Positions 26,802-36,815 of a stretch of DNA of 64,000 bases are shown one piece after another. The position numbers and the translations under genes were made by a program. A model generated the notes under the pieces. The model saw nothing but the letters and a program-made list of their open reading frames with translations, did not search any database and was not told the DNA's origin. Numbering within the stretch: position 1 is the first letter of the stretch; every line of letters begins with the position of its first letter. Origin of the DNA: an uncultured virus (IMG/VR IMGVR_UViG_3300020204_000044) (Duplodnaviria; Heunggongvirae; Uroviricota; Caudoviricetes); the IMG/VR virus record IMGVR_UViG_3300020204_000044; one strand, given 5' to 3'.

Positions 26802-27594
26802 TGAGTATTCTCCAGGCGGTGCCATCTTTTAGTTCAGTTATATGAAATTGACCATAGGCAAGATGACAGGCCCACGCATATACTTGATCTTGATCGGGAT
26901 AATACGGTGTTTCTATTTTACTCAAATCTTGAGAGGTGACTGGTTTCGCAGCATGTGTAGGAGATAGGGTAAATGCAGGATATCCGTACATGACTGCCTC
27001 GGTGGCTGCATTGCTATTGAAAGTCACGAGACAATGAACATCATCATCTAACGCTTCTTTCAGTGTGCTGTTAACTGTTCGTTCTAATCTACTTTTGACT
27101 CGTTCTCGGATCTCCACAGGACGGTCGGTATATTTTTTAATCGTATCGACAGTTTCCTGTAACCAGTCTTTTAATTCTAAACCATAAAATTTCATAGGTT
27201 TTTCGTCAGGCTTAGCAATTAGGATTTTTCTTCCACCTTTCTTCCAATGGTGTATAGGAATTGCCAACTTACGAAATCTATCATCGGGTCTTTTGATTAA
27301 TTCGGTATGCTGAAGATCATTTTTTACGATTCTATGATAATATTTCCATCCCATAGGGTTTAATGGACCTCGCATATTTCCCATATATCCCGTGTCCATA
27401 AAATAAAAGTCTCTGCCGTCTAGCCAGCATTTTTTCATTATCTTATGCTTGAGTATACCTCTCAGTACTATAGGATCTTCGCTGTCTCTATAATTAAAAT
27501 CGTCGGTGTTGATTATTCGGCCACCACTGCCCATACCGAACATATTGATATATTCGTCTTTGCCTTCTTTGCTTAGAAATATCCAGTTATTCAT
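26791..27594 (-). CDS. KpsS/KpsC-like GT-B protein
   Basis: MDTGY, ILIA.P, LVTFNSNAA.EAV..GYP. Confidence 0.65.
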   Translation of the reverse strand: MNNWIFLSKEGKDEYINMFGMGSGGRIINTDDFNYRDSEDPIVLRGILKHKIMKKCWLDGRDFYFMDTGYMGNMRGPLNPMGWKYYHRIVKNDLQHTELIKRPDDRFRKLAIPIHHWKKGGRKILIAKPDEKPMKFYGLELKDWLQETVDTIKKYTDRPVEIRERVKSRLERTVNSTLKEALDDDVHCLVTFNSNAATEAVMYGYPAFTLSPTHAAKPVTSQDLSKIETPYYPDQDQVYAWACHLAYGQFHITELKDGTAWRILNEQ

Positions 27595-28355
27595 CGGCGT
27601 TCAATGTCCGCTTCTACGCAATTTTCACCGTATTGAATTTCTATTATTTTCAAAGGAAGATCTGTCTCGTTGGCTAGCTGATGCCAAGAATCGGCCGGTA
27701 TCCAAATATGTTGATGTTCTTTGAACATTCCAGCAGATTCAACATCTGTACTGGAATTTACAGTGTACAAAGATGCTGTTCCCTCTGCGACAAACCAGAA
27801 TTCTGATCTCTGTTGATGTTTCTGCATGCTTAAACTTTTTCTCGGATCTACCATCAGTTCTTTTAATTTAACTTGTTTAGTTGGTTCGTGTAAAACTCTA
27901 TAGTATCCCCATGCTCTTTCAGTTTTAGGAGCCTTCCACTCTTCAAGAATCCAAGAACTAGAGTTAGCTTTGTTAAATCCACCGATGCCAAACACAAACT
28001 TTAAATTATCGTCTTGAATATCCATTTCGGGGATATTTTGATCTGTACGATCGCCGCCGTTGGCAAATATAATTTGATCTTGAGGGTAACTTTGTCTCAC
28101 CATACGAAGAGCATGCCGGGCGGAGCCGTCGTCGTCATTAAAATCGATGACAAAATCTATTCCTACGATATTACGAACAATCGTTGCTCGTTCTGCGTAG
28201 GGCATAAACGCTTGACCCTTTTTACGAGCTAACCAGGCATCTGAGTTAACACCTACTACAAGTATATCGCCTAGTTTTTTTGCCTCTTTAAAATAATTAA
28301 TATGTCCTGAGTGGATTGGGTCAAATCCGCCGGTAACCAAAACTATTGTTTTCAT
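27591..28355 (-). CDS. Cytidylyltransferase (HxGH, RfaE/TagD-like) fused to type II mannose-6-P isomerase cupin
   Basis: TGGFDPIHSGH, GVNSD, FANGGDR; ERAWG.Y, LSMQKH..RSE.W, IEIQYG...E.DIER. Confidence 0.85.
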   Translation of the reverse strand: MKTIVLVTGGFDPIHSGHINYFKEAKKLGDILVVGVNSDAWLARKKGQAFMPYAERATIVRNIVGIDFVIDFNDDDGSARHALRMVRQSYPQDQIIFANGGDRTDQNIPEMDIQDDNLKFVFGIGGFNKANSSSWILEEWKAPKTERAWGYYRVLHEPTKQVKLKELMVDPRKSLSMQKHQQRSEFWFVAEGTASLYTVNSSTDVESAGMFKEHQHIWIPADSWHQLANETDLPLKIIEIQYGENCVEADIERR

Positions 28356-29023
28356 ACAAAATCCTTATGAATATACATTACATCACTTTCAAACTTAATA
28401 TGTTCTACATATCCCCATCCAAACAATAGCGCATTTATTTTTTCTTTTGGCCAGCCATACGCATCACCGAAGCCGTTAATTTCTAATGCAATTACTGGTT
28501 TAGATCGTTTAATTGTTTCTTCTGCACCTAGTAATGCGAACCCTTCAAATCCTTCGATATCTAAATGTATTAGTGACGGGGTTAGGCCGAAATGATCAAT
28601 TTTGACCTGTGGGATTATTCCTTCTCCTGCAATTCGTAATCCACCAAGATTTAGATCGTGATCTTTATGAAGTTCTAAACTAAGGGGAATATTATCATTA
28701 CCAATACATGCTCTAAATTTAAACACATTTTCTTCTGGAACATTGTAAGAAAGGCAATAAAAATTTCTATGATCGGGTTCAAACGTTACTACGGTATTAA
28801 ATAGTTTAGCATATTGTTTTGGATAGTACCCAGCATTGCCACCAGCTTGAATAACTAAATTTTTTTCTTTGCAATGCTCGGCAATTTTTTTTGGCAAATG
28901 ACGAAATCTTTCTTTATTTAAATGATGCCAGCACCACTTATCTTCGATTGGCCATAACCAATCGCCACCCTCTTTAGGATCTTTTCTGATTTCTAAGTTT
29001 AAGTGTTTAAACATAATTTCCAT
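28352..29023 (-). CDS. FkbM-family SAM methyltransferase
   Basis: IQAGGNAG, TFEPD, LDIEGFE..AL.GA...I....PVI.LE. Confidence 0.85.
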   Translation of the reverse strand: MEIMFKHLNLEIRKDPKEGGDWLWPIEDKWCWHHLNKERFRHLPKKIAEHCKEKNLVIQAGGNAGYYPKQYAKLFNTVVTFEPDHRNFYCLSYNVPEENVFKFRACIGNDNIPLSLELHKDHDLNLGGLRIAGEGIIPQVKIDHFGLTPSLIHLDIEGFEGFALLGAEETIKRSKPVIALEINGFGDAYGWPKEKINALLFGWGYVEHIKFESDVMYIHKDFV

Positions 29024-29574
29024 TCGTCGAATGACATCGGTATAAGATTAATATCGTTTCTTACAAACCATGTTTCAAATTTTTTATTTTTTCTATCATC
29101 AGGATATACGTCGTATATCACAGGTTTATAATTAAATTTATCTAGATATTCGGTAGCAATAGCATTCCAATCTTTTTTTGCGGCATAATTATCATGTTCG
29201 TAGGTAATACAATCAAATGTAATTCCTTGAGATAATACCTGCTGTAAGGCAGCAAACGTATTTTCTGGGGGTTCAATATCACAGCTTAGGTATCCAAGAT
29301 GCATTGGCAGGTTATTGTCAGATAATGCTTTTGCATAATTAAAAGTTAAAGCATTCTCCCAATAAATTTTATTTTTACGTTCCGGATGTGCAGCCCAAAT
29401 AACTTGATGATCTGTGTTTAATTCGACACTGAAACCTTTCCATCCGCTCATTTCTAAATTATACGTGTTACTCCATTTAACTGGTTCGTATCCGCCAATT
29501 TCAATGTAAGTCTTATTTTCAGTTATAAGATTTGATACAAATATATCTTGTAATGCCTGCGAATTGCTTATCAT
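28999..29574 (-). CDS. FkbM-like methyltransferase
   Basis: SQA.QD, YIEIGG...SNT..LE..GWKG..VE, YLSCDIEP, ITYEHD. Confidence 0.75.
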   Translation of the reverse strand: MISNSQALQDIFVSNLITENKTYIEIGGYEPVKWSNTYNLEMSGWKGFSVELNTDHQVIWAAHPERKNKIYWENALTFNYAKALSDNNLPMHLGYLSCDIEPPENTFAALQQVLSQGITFDCITYEHDNYAAKKDWNAIATEYLDKFNYKPVIYDVYPDDRKNKKFETWFVRNDINLIPMSFDEWKLCLNT

Positions 29575-29915
29575 AAAAACCCTTTATTTCGTTCAACATT
29601 CCATGCAATTGCAGTTTTTAATCCTGCAGGCTTGGTATCATTAATAATTATCCTTTCTCCGAGAGGTAGCTCGAACAATGCGAAATTATAACGTAAACCG
29701 CTGTCTTGTAAAAAATTTAGTGTAGATTTTCGATATTGTTCAGAACGTCCTGTAGTAATTATGATATAATCATTCTCCGGAATTGTATTCCAAAATTCAA
29801 TAACTCCAGGCAGTAGTCGATCTTCACTATGCAAATGTGCATTGTGGTCTAATATGGTTCCGTCTAAATCAATAAACCAGGTATGTGGTAATTCACTTAA
29901 TTCAAATGGGATCAT
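29571..29915 (-). CDS. HAD-family phosphatase
   Basis: FIDLDGTI, ITTGR, INDTKP. Confidence 0.8.
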   Translation of the reverse strand: MIPFELSELPHTWFIDLDGTILDHNAHLHSEDRLLPGVIEFWNTIPENDYIIITTGRSEQYRKSTLNFLQDSGLRYNFALFELPLGERIIINDTKPAGLKTAIAWNVERNKGFL

Positions 29916-31429
29916 AACTCTTGCAATCCCTGTTCAAGATAATGCAATCCAAGATAGAAACTACCAATGACGCTATCAATATCGTCTTTTGCATAACCGC
30001 TTAAGGATAACCAAATTAGCCCATGTAATATTTTAATCTTAGCAATTTTGTTACCAAAATACTCAGTAAAAATTTCCTCAGCATATATTTCAAATCTCGT
30101 TGATTCTTGTAAAATTTCTACAGTTTCTCTATCTATATGAAGTTTAAACTTTCTACGATTAAACATATCATAACCCCCAACTGCACTATAATATACTTTA
30201 GCAAAGTCGTACATTGGATCTCCCCATATTCCTGGTTTGCTAAAATATCCTCGCGGATCGATGTACCATACTTTTAAATTTTTATCTATAAGACTGTTAC
30301 TAAATGTTGGATCGCCGTGTATTGGTGTAAATATCGACGGTTGAATAGTCGTAAGAATAGTCTCAAATAAATGTTTGTACTTTTCTGCAAATACATTTTT
30401 ACATTTTAATCCATTTACCGTAATAGAGTCTTGATCAAAATTAGGAATTATTTTTGAAACACTATTAACACGATTTAATGTTTTTGTAATATAAGTATCA
30501 ACAACATCTTCGCTAATTACTGGTCTAGTAGATAGGTCGTGCAAGGACGTTAGTGAATCTAAATAGTCAGCCAGCACCGCACGTTTTTCTCGTTCAGTAA
30601 GATTTAACATTTGATATGCATGATTTCCATTAATTTTAGTCATGACATACGGATCTATTGAAATAATCTTTGGAATTCTACGAAATCCTAGATCACTAAC
30701 ACTCTTATACCAATCCTGTTCTTTACCTATCAAATGTAGATAGTCAGAATTAATTGCACGTTTTTCGACAGTAGATTCGTTAATTTTTACCTCATTGAAA
30801 AATCTACTAAACCCTGCTCGATCGTTTTGTGTTTCGATAGTTGAAAAGTCGCCTAATTCTTCTAAGTCGTTGCATACTACTGTGTTGAACTGTGTTATAT
30901 TCTTACTGAACCATTTTACAAATTCTCCGCTTGTGGGCGGCTCCGGAAAATACTCAGCACGTCTAACATGAAAGATTCCAGGGATACCATTTGGTCCTGG
31001 TTGTTCTATCAATGCACCTGCATCGTTCTGAGTCCATCGACAGGTGAATGCATTTGTCGTGATAACAGTAGGTAAGGATGAATCTACAATAGACGGCATC
31101 CTACCAATAATTAAATCGCTCCAAGTAATTATAAGTTCAGCATCGTTAGGAACAGCTTTAAGAGCATCACCAATGCCGCTAGCAGTTCCTTTTTCGTCGG
31201 TTTGAATTAAGGTATAATTAACTGACGGGGTATTCACTTGTAGATATTTTTCAAGCTGATCATAAGCATAGTCACCAATGATATGAAAATGTGCTGTTGG
31301 AAATCGATCAAACAAATGATATAACAACGGTTTTCCTCGAACACTAACTAAACATTTTGGTTTATTCCATGTATGGTGTCTCAAACGACTACCACGGCCA
31401 CCGGCCTGAACAATAATGTGTAAATTCAT
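29912..31429 (-). CDS. Sugar nucleotidyltransferase fused to an APH/choline-kinase-like domain
   Basis: QAGGRGSRL...KPK, GTA, WSD; HGDPTFSN, IDPRG, GD..YDFAK. Confidence 0.8.
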   Translation of the reverse strand: MNLHIIVQAGGRGSRLRHHTWNKPKCLVSVRGKPLLYHLFDRFPTAHFHIIGDYAYDQLEKYLQVNTPSVNYTLIQTDEKGTASGIGDALKAVPNDAELIITWSDLIIGRMPSIVDSSLPTVITTNAFTCRWTQNDAGALIEQPGPNGIPGIFHVRRAEYFPEPPTSGEFVKWFSKNITQFNTVVCNDLEELGDFSTIETQNDRAGFSRFFNEVKINESTVEKRAINSDYLHLIGKEQDWYKSVSDLGFRRIPKIISIDPYVMTKINGNHAYQMLNLTEREKRAVLADYLDSLTSLHDLSTRPVISEDVVDTYITKTLNRVNSVSKIIPNFDQDSITVNGLKCKNVFAEKYKHLFETILTTIQPSIFTPIHGDPTFSNSLIDKNLKVWYIDPRGYFSKPGIWGDPMYDFAKVYYSAVGGYDMFNRRKFKLHIDRETVEILQESTRFEIYAEEIFTEYFGNKIAKIKILHGLIWLSLSGYAKDDIDSVIGSFYLGLHYLEQGLQEL

Positions 31430-31470
31430 ATCAATATTTATGTACGCATTTAATTGGTTAAATAGTTTCT

Positions 31471-32205
31471 ATGAGCAATAATAGTCTAACAGTAGTATCT
31501 ACATTTACTAAAGATCTTTGGGAACATTACGGTAATAGATCAATACCAACCTGGTTTCGATATTTTGATCCAGGAATTAAATTTCATTTTCATACAGAAT
31601 TTGAACCAATAATCGACCGACGAATAACTTATTTTTTAGATACAAAAGAAAAATTAGATTTTCTAGAAAGAAACACCAGAATTGGCAGACAAGGTACTAA
31701 AATTATACACCCGGTTGGTAGAAAGTGGGACACTTACTGTCATAAAGTTTATGCGCAATACGAATCATTTAAAATCGCCGATACTAGATATCTTTTGTTT
31801 TTAGATGCAGATGTTGCAGCATTAAAATCATTTGATAGTAATGTTGCGGCTAATATGTTAGATAATCATTTTTGCGGTTATATTGGCAGAGACACCTTAT
31901 TAACCGAAACTGGATTTATCTTATACGATCTATCTGATCCGGGTGCAGAAAATTTCTTTGAAACTTTTATTAATTTGTATAATAAAGACCAATTGTTTGA
32001 ACTAGATTCGTGGTGTGATTGCGGAGCATTTGATCATGTTAGATTAAACTCCTTATTATCTTTTAAAAATTTATCAGGAAAATACAGTTCGTTTATAGAT
32101 CCAATCGCCGTTGGCGAAATTGGAGAATATTTTGATCATTGGATCAGTAAAAAAAGTAAACATACTGGTTTCAGCAAACATAGAAAATTTAGAGGCAAAT
32201 TATGA
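31471..32205 (+). CDS. GT-A glycosyltransferase (paralog family B)
   Basis: YCHKVYA, FLDAD, ETGF, W.DC.AFD, YFDH. Confidence 0.7.
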   Translation: MSNNSLTVVSTFTKDLWEHYGNRSIPTWFRYFDPGIKFHFHTEFEPIIDRRITYFLDTKEKLDFLERNTRIGRQGTKIIHPVGRKWDTYCHKVYAQYESFKIADTRYLLFLDADVAALKSFDSNVAANMLDNHFCGYIGRDTLLTETGFILYDLSDPGAENFFETFINLYNKDQLFELDSWCDCGAFDHVRLNSLLSFKNLSGKYSSFIDPIAVGEIGEYFDHWISKKSKHTGFSKHRKFRGKL

Positions 32206-32927
32206 TAAAAAATATTTTCCTAAAGTATAACAAAGATCCTAAAGAGAATCCGTCGTCAATCCAGTGTTTAAATTTTTGGTTAGATATTTTTGCAGATAGA
32301 AACATCTATATTATCTGTGATATGTTTGATCCTACTTTAAAGTTTCCGAAACATTTTATAAATTATTCCTCATTTCAATTTATAAATTCTAATTACGCAT
32401 TATCTGCACCTATTGATCATTTATTAGAATCAAAAAGATGGAAAAATGTTGCAGCATCAAATTTGTCGTGTTATGAAAAAAGCGGTAATGATCCTTTTTG
32501 GTTAATCGATGCTGACGACACAATGTTTATAACATTTGATATAGATTTAATTAAATCAAAAATAATTTTATCTGAAAATTATTTTTTAGAAAATAAATTA
32601 GATGGATTTTCATTAGATTTTTATAGAACATTTAAGCGTGATCATTGGAGTTTTGGTGTTGCTTTATTACAAAATAGAACTGACTTAATTTCTATTATAC
32701 AATCAACCGATTTAGATTTTTTTCGTACATTAAAACTTCCATATAATCTCGATGCGCTGTTTGATTGTAATAGACGACAGGAAAAATTAAAATTAGAAAG
32801 TTTTATATTTGATAAGATGTTTTTTCAACATCAGTTAGAACAAAAATTTTTACCGTATGGCATATACAAATGGCAAGATCAAAAATTATGGGACATAAAA
32901 TTAAATCCTATGGTTAGGATTTTTTGA
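32202..32927 (+). CDS. Putative GT-A glycosyltransferase
   Basis: FWLIDADD DxD motif; glycan island context. Confidence 0.5.
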   Translation: MIKNIFLKYNKDPKENPSSIQCLNFWLDIFADRNIYIICDMFDPTLKFPKHFINYSSFQFINSNYALSAPIDHLLESKRWKNVAASNLSCYEKSGNDPFWLIDADDTMFITFDIDLIKSKIILSENYFLENKLDGFSLDFYRTFKRDHWSFGVALLQNRTDLISIIQSTDLDFFRTLKLPYNLDALFDCNRRQEKLKLESFIFDKMFFQHQLEQKFLPYGIYKWQDQKLWDIKLNPMVRIF

Positions 32928-33875
32928 GTAATATTCACTATTTTTGAGCCAATGGTAATAACGTTCAAATCCTTCTTCTATATCTACAATTGGATTAAAC
33001 CCAAAGTCTCTACGTGCTGCATCGATATCTAACGCACCACGACTAGGAAAATCTGCATCTTTATCTCGAAGTTCGATAGTTCCTTTTCCTACTAATTTAA
33101 CAGCCAATTGGGCTGCTTCATACAAAGTTTTACTGTGACTTTTCGTAATATTGTAGGTTTTATTTTTTGTATTTTCCGATAGAAGGGCTTGCACGATTCC
33201 ATTGGCCGCATCGTCGACATAGGTAAAATCTAGCGTTTCATTAACACCGTTGACTTTAAGAACACCGCCCCTCATAGCAGTTAGTAAGAATTTAGAAATT
33301 ACACGGTCTTCGACATCTAAAGGACCATATACAGCACTGGGACGAAATATAGTATAATCTATACCTCGCCTTTGATAATCGCGGATTAACCATTCTCCAG
33401 CCAGTTTGAGTATACCGTATTGCCCTTGTGGTCGACATTCTGCATCTTCGGTGACATAGTTTTTGAAGTCACCGTAGACCATACTGCTGCTAGTATATAA
33501 AAATCTGTAACAACAAAATTTTAAACATGATTCTAATAGATTAAGTAATCCTTCACTCATTACCCTAGCACCGAGCGCAGGGTCAGAATTAACAACTTTC
33601 TGTCTAGGGAAACTAGCCAAATGTATGACAGCATCTGGATGATAATTTCTAAACAACCATTCGACATTATCTCGATCGCTGATGTCAATTCTGTGTATTT
33701 TTTCTGACCGAATAAATTTTAATCTTTCTGAGATAAGATAATCTATCTCTAGTTGAGGGATTATACCGTAATTAGTTCTAGTGTCGGTAATAATAACGTC
33801 ATAGCCGATTCCCTCTAATTTTTTAATTACATTATGACCAATTAAACCTAACCCGCCTGTTACTAGTACATTCAT
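32901..33875 (-). CDS. NAD-dependent nucleotide-sugar epimerase/dehydratase
   Basis: VTGGLGLIG, HLA, SSSMVYG, YGILK (YxxxK), RPSAVYGP, DFTYVDD. Confidence 0.92.
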   Translation of the reverse strand: MNVLVTGGLGLIGHNVIKKLEGIGYDVIITDTRTNYGIIPQLEIDYLISERLKFIRSEKIHRIDISDRDNVEWLFRNYHPDAVIHLASFPRQKVVNSDPALGARVMSEGLLNLLESCLKFCCYRFLYTSSSMVYGDFKNYVTEDAECRPQGQYGILKLAGEWLIRDYQRRGIDYTIFRPSAVYGPLDVEDRVISKFLLTAMRGGVLKVNGVNETLDFTYVDDAANGIVQALLSENTKNKTYNITKSHSKTLYEAAQLAVKLVGKGTIELRDKDADFPSRGALDIDAARRDFGFNPIVDIEEGFERYYHWLKNSEYYSKNPNHRI

Positions 33876-34327
33876 AGAGTAGCATCTTCTAATCCGGCAG
33901 TTCGTAATTTAACAATGTTGGATAACTGCCATTGTTTGATGTCTAGGCCTTTGATGATGCCTAGCCATTTATTTCTTAATAGAGCAAAATCATTGATAAT
34001 CTTTTCAAAATCAACAACATCGGCTTCGCCTTCTACAAACTTTTCACAGTCTCTAGAACTTAGGCTTCGTTGATAATTTTCAAGATATTTGCGAAAATGC
34101 TGGCTGCGCAGTCTGCGCAGTTCGATGTTGAGATATTCTAATATGGCTTCGATCTCTTGGAGTTGATTGAATCGGTTTTCTACGATGCCTGGCATAGCAG
34201 CCGATGCTCGTTCGATGTTTCCCGCTATGCGGGCATCTTTTTTTGCTTCTAGCAGTTCGCTTTCATAATATGCCACAGCATCTGGTATGTTTGAAATATC
34301 CTTTGAAACTCGATCATACCAATTCAT
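33872..34327 (-). CDS. uvsY: Recombination mediator UvsY-like
   Basis: Helical 151 aa with KQWQLSN..KLR.AG tail, adjacent to UvsX. Confidence 0.75.
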   Translation of the reverse strand: MNWYDRVSKDISNIPDAVAYYESELLEAKKDARIAGNIERASAAMPGIVENRFNQLQEIEAILEYLNIELRRLRSQHFRKYLENYQRSLSSRDCEKFVEGEADVVDFEKIINDFALLRNKWLGIIKGLDIKQWQLSNIVKLRTAGLEDATL

Positions 34328-34564
34328 TTATTCCTCATCGTCGGTGTAATCTTCATATTCTTCTTCGATCTCTTCGTCATCGATAGCATAGTCGATGGCT
34401 TCGTCTAGATGGTCATCTATTCCTAATAGGCTCTGCAGTGTAGATTCTTTGATTCCATAGTCTAATAGAGTGTTTACGAATCCAGATGCTACGTCGGCTC
34501 TAGATTTTTCAGGGATATGTTCTACGACCAGTGTCCAAATATCTGCGATTAAATCTTCTTTCAT
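34328..34564 (-). CDS. Hypothetical acidic protein
   Basis: 78 aa between UvsX and UvsY. Confidence 0.7.
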   Translation of the reverse strand: MKEDLIADIWTLVVEHIPEKSRADVASGFVNTLLDYGIKESTLQSLLGIDDHLDEAIDYAIDDEEIEEEYEDYTDDEE

Positions 34565-35640
34565 TCCACGCTCTCCGGTTGGGGTTCAACATTATTAGTT
34601 ATCTCAGATGATGTATTTTCTGTGGCTTTAGAAAAATTTATCATCAATTGATCGAGACAACCATTTTCGTTGCGTTCCCATTCTTTGCGATAGAACTTAA
34701 GGATTTCCCCATCCGGTGTCGTATAGGACAGTCTGTTACCATCTTTTACCAATATGCCTTTGGCTTCAGAGAGATCGACAAGACCACTGTAAGGATTCAT
34801 GCCAGTTTCGTAGGGGATCTTGACCTGTACCGATTCAAAGGGTTTGGCATAGCGTGTCTTCATGATCTTGCAGGCAGCACGGATACCTTTGACTTCTGAA
34901 ATCTTATTGCCATCTTCATCTTCTTTTAGTTTCAATTTCTTCATAGCAACCACGATAGAACTTGCGTAAATGAAACCTTGTCCACCTGAGATCTTGTCAT
35001 CGGGGTCAAACATGTCTTGGCTAGCGTATGTGTGGTTAGTAGCAACTAGGCCAATGTTAAGGCTACCAAACATGTTCACGCAGTTTCGCACAAGTGCGGT
35101 GAGACTTTTGGCTTTGCGACCCAGATCACCTTTCAGATCACCTGCTTCAAATTGATTGACATCTGTGGGAGTCAGTAACATGCCTAGGCTGTCCAGCACG
35201 AACAAGATCTTTGGACGACCGTCTTCGGGCATGGCCTTGTATTCTGCGACAAATTCTGTGATGGTTTTGGCCACATCATCGATCATGGCCATGTTGAGTT
35301 TCAGCAGTTTATCTTCTGCGGTATCAACGTCCAGTGCTTTGAGCCAATCTTCATCTAAGGCATTTTCTGAATCGATCAAGATAGGATAGATATTCTGCGC
35401 CTGTGCGGCCTTGATCAAGTTGCCGGCACAGATGTAGGATTTGCCTGCACCACTTTCACCTGCGAATACCGTGACTTTGCCCAGTGGAACTCCGCGATGG
35501 AAGTCACCGCTGATCAGATAGTTCAGAGCATAGTTTCCTGTCGAGACCCAATCTGTGGGATCATTGAAACCGATGCTGAGTCCTTCGATGCTCTTAGTAA
35601 TACTTTTTCGAAACTTGCTTATATCAAATGCTTTTGCCAT
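34561..35640 (-). CDS. uvsX: RecA-like recombinase UvsX
   Basis: STG..ALN.LISG, GESGAGKS, IDSE, LDSLG, TNH, SGG.G..YAS, KTR. Confidence 0.92.
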   Translation of the reverse strand: MAKAFDISKFRKSITKSIEGLSIGFNDPTDWVSTGNYALNYLISGDFHRGVPLGKVTVFAGESGAGKSYICAGNLIKAAQAQNIYPILIDSENALDEDWLKALDVDTAEDKLLKLNMAMIDDVAKTITEFVAEYKAMPEDGRPKILFVLDSLGMLLTPTDVNQFEAGDLKGDLGRKAKSLTALVRNCVNMFGSLNIGLVATNHTYASQDMFDPDDKISGGQGFIYASSIVVAMKKLKLKEDEDGNKISEVKGIRAACKIMKTRYAKPFESVQVKIPYETGMNPYSGLVDLSEAKGILVKDGNRLSYTTPDGEILKFYRKEWERNENGCLDQLMINFSKATENTSSEITNNVEPQPESVE

Positions 35641-35660
35641 TATGTCGTCCTATGTTGATG

Positions 35661-35690
35661 AAAATGTGGGACCTTAGTCCCACATTTTTT
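35661..35690 (-). terminator. Stem-loop between gp32 and UvsX
   Basis: AAAATGTGGGAC-CTTA-GTCCCACATTTT. Confidence 0.7.
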
Positions 35691-35700
35691 AGTTTAGCAA

Positions 35701-36666
35701 TCACTGGCCCTGTCTGGCGCGGATCTTGGCAAGGATATCTTGTGCCCTAGATGCGCTTTCTGTATTGGCAGGTGCGGCCGCAGGCTTTGACACCGTAGCA
35801 GGTTCATCATCGACTTCATCATCGGACACCGTTGGTTTCGCTACCGTCTTGTTAGGATCTCCGGTGGCCGAACCCATTCCTGCAGGTTTGAAATATTGAC
35901 CCCAACGATCCATATCGTAGGCTTCGCCGTCGACTGATGCTTCGAACATCTCTTTCATTACTTTCAGCTCGACATCGGTTGGCTTCTTAGGAAGGAAATC
36001 CGATAGATTAAACAGGCCATATTGATCGATGGCTGCTTTCTCTTGATCAGTTAAAGATCTTTCACGACGGCTCCACTTGGAAGTAGAATAGTCTGCGAAT
36101 CCGCCCTTGCTGGTCTTTGCGATGCGGAAATCAACACCACGCAGGAAATCGGTTGGCAGTTCTTCCAACTCTGGATCCATCAGTGCAGAACGAATGATCT
36201 GATAGATCTGAGGTCCGATGATAAATCTACGGACGGGATTATCCGGAGTAGAATCTTCTTTGAGAGGATCTTCTACAACAAAACCTTGGAAGATGTATGA
36301 ACGCTTCTTCCAATACTTACGACCCATTTCTTCGAGGTTCTTGTCTTTGAACCAACCACGGACTTCTGAAAGGATCGGACAGGCTGTACCATCATTGTAC
36401 ATTTCCACACAGGGGACCTGTACCTGTACCGCACGGCTGTCTGTTTCTCCTTTGACACCTGCGAACGGCAGTTTGATCATCGCACGTTCTACCCAGAAGA
36501 ATGTGTTGTTGGTGTTGCCGTCAGGTAAGAAACGCACGACTGCTTCTTTGCCTTCCTGCATGTTCCAGTGGGGGTAAATCGCGTTGTCTCCACCGCCTGT
36601 GGAGTTGCCTGTGGTTTTGTTTTGTGCTTCTTGAAGTTTAGCACGGATCTCTGCTAATGTAGCCAT
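35701..36666 (-). CDS. gp32: Single-stranded DNA binding protein (T4 gp32-like)
   Basis: VRFLP, C..CP, YW.KRSY, G.DF.I.K....GFADY..S.W; next to UvsX. Confidence 0.88.
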   Translation of the reverse strand: MATLAEIRAKLQEAQNKTTGNSTGGGDNAIYPHWNMQEGKEAVVRFLPDGNTNNTFFWVERAMIKLPFAGVKGETDSRAVQVQVPCVEMYNDGTACPILSEVRGWFKDKNLEEMGRKYWKKRSYIFQGFVVEDPLKEDSTPDNPVRRFIIGPQIYQIIRSALMDPELEELPTDFLRGVDFRIAKTSKGGFADYSTSKWSRRERSLTDQEKAAIDQYGLFNLSDFLPKKPTDVELKVMKEMFEASVDGEAYDMDRWGQYFKPAGMGSATGDPNKTVAKPTVSDDEVDDEPATVSKPAAAPANTESASRAQDILAKIRARQGQ

Positions 36667-36722
36667 TTTAAATTGCCTCCTTTGTAATTTGCCTTAAAAT
36701 GTATGCCTTGCGCATAAAACAT

Positions 36723-36751
36723 ATTATGCGTAGTTTATTTAGCAAGGTCAA
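36723..36751 (-). promoter_or_regulatory. Nested sigma70-like and late promoters for gp32
   Basis: TTGACC 36751-36746, N17, CATAAT 36728-36723; TAAATA 36741-36736 inside the spacer. Confidence 0.6.
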
Positions 36752-36815
36752 GATCTTTTTGAGAAATTTTTGCCAAAAGAAAAGGCTCCAGATAGAGCCC
36801 TTTCGATCGCTCATA

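Noticed and set aside
20585..33875. Bacterial capsule locus joined by misassembly
   Set aside because: The locus overlaps uvsY at a start/stop junction, uses the phage TAAATA-ATG arrangement and lacks export genes.
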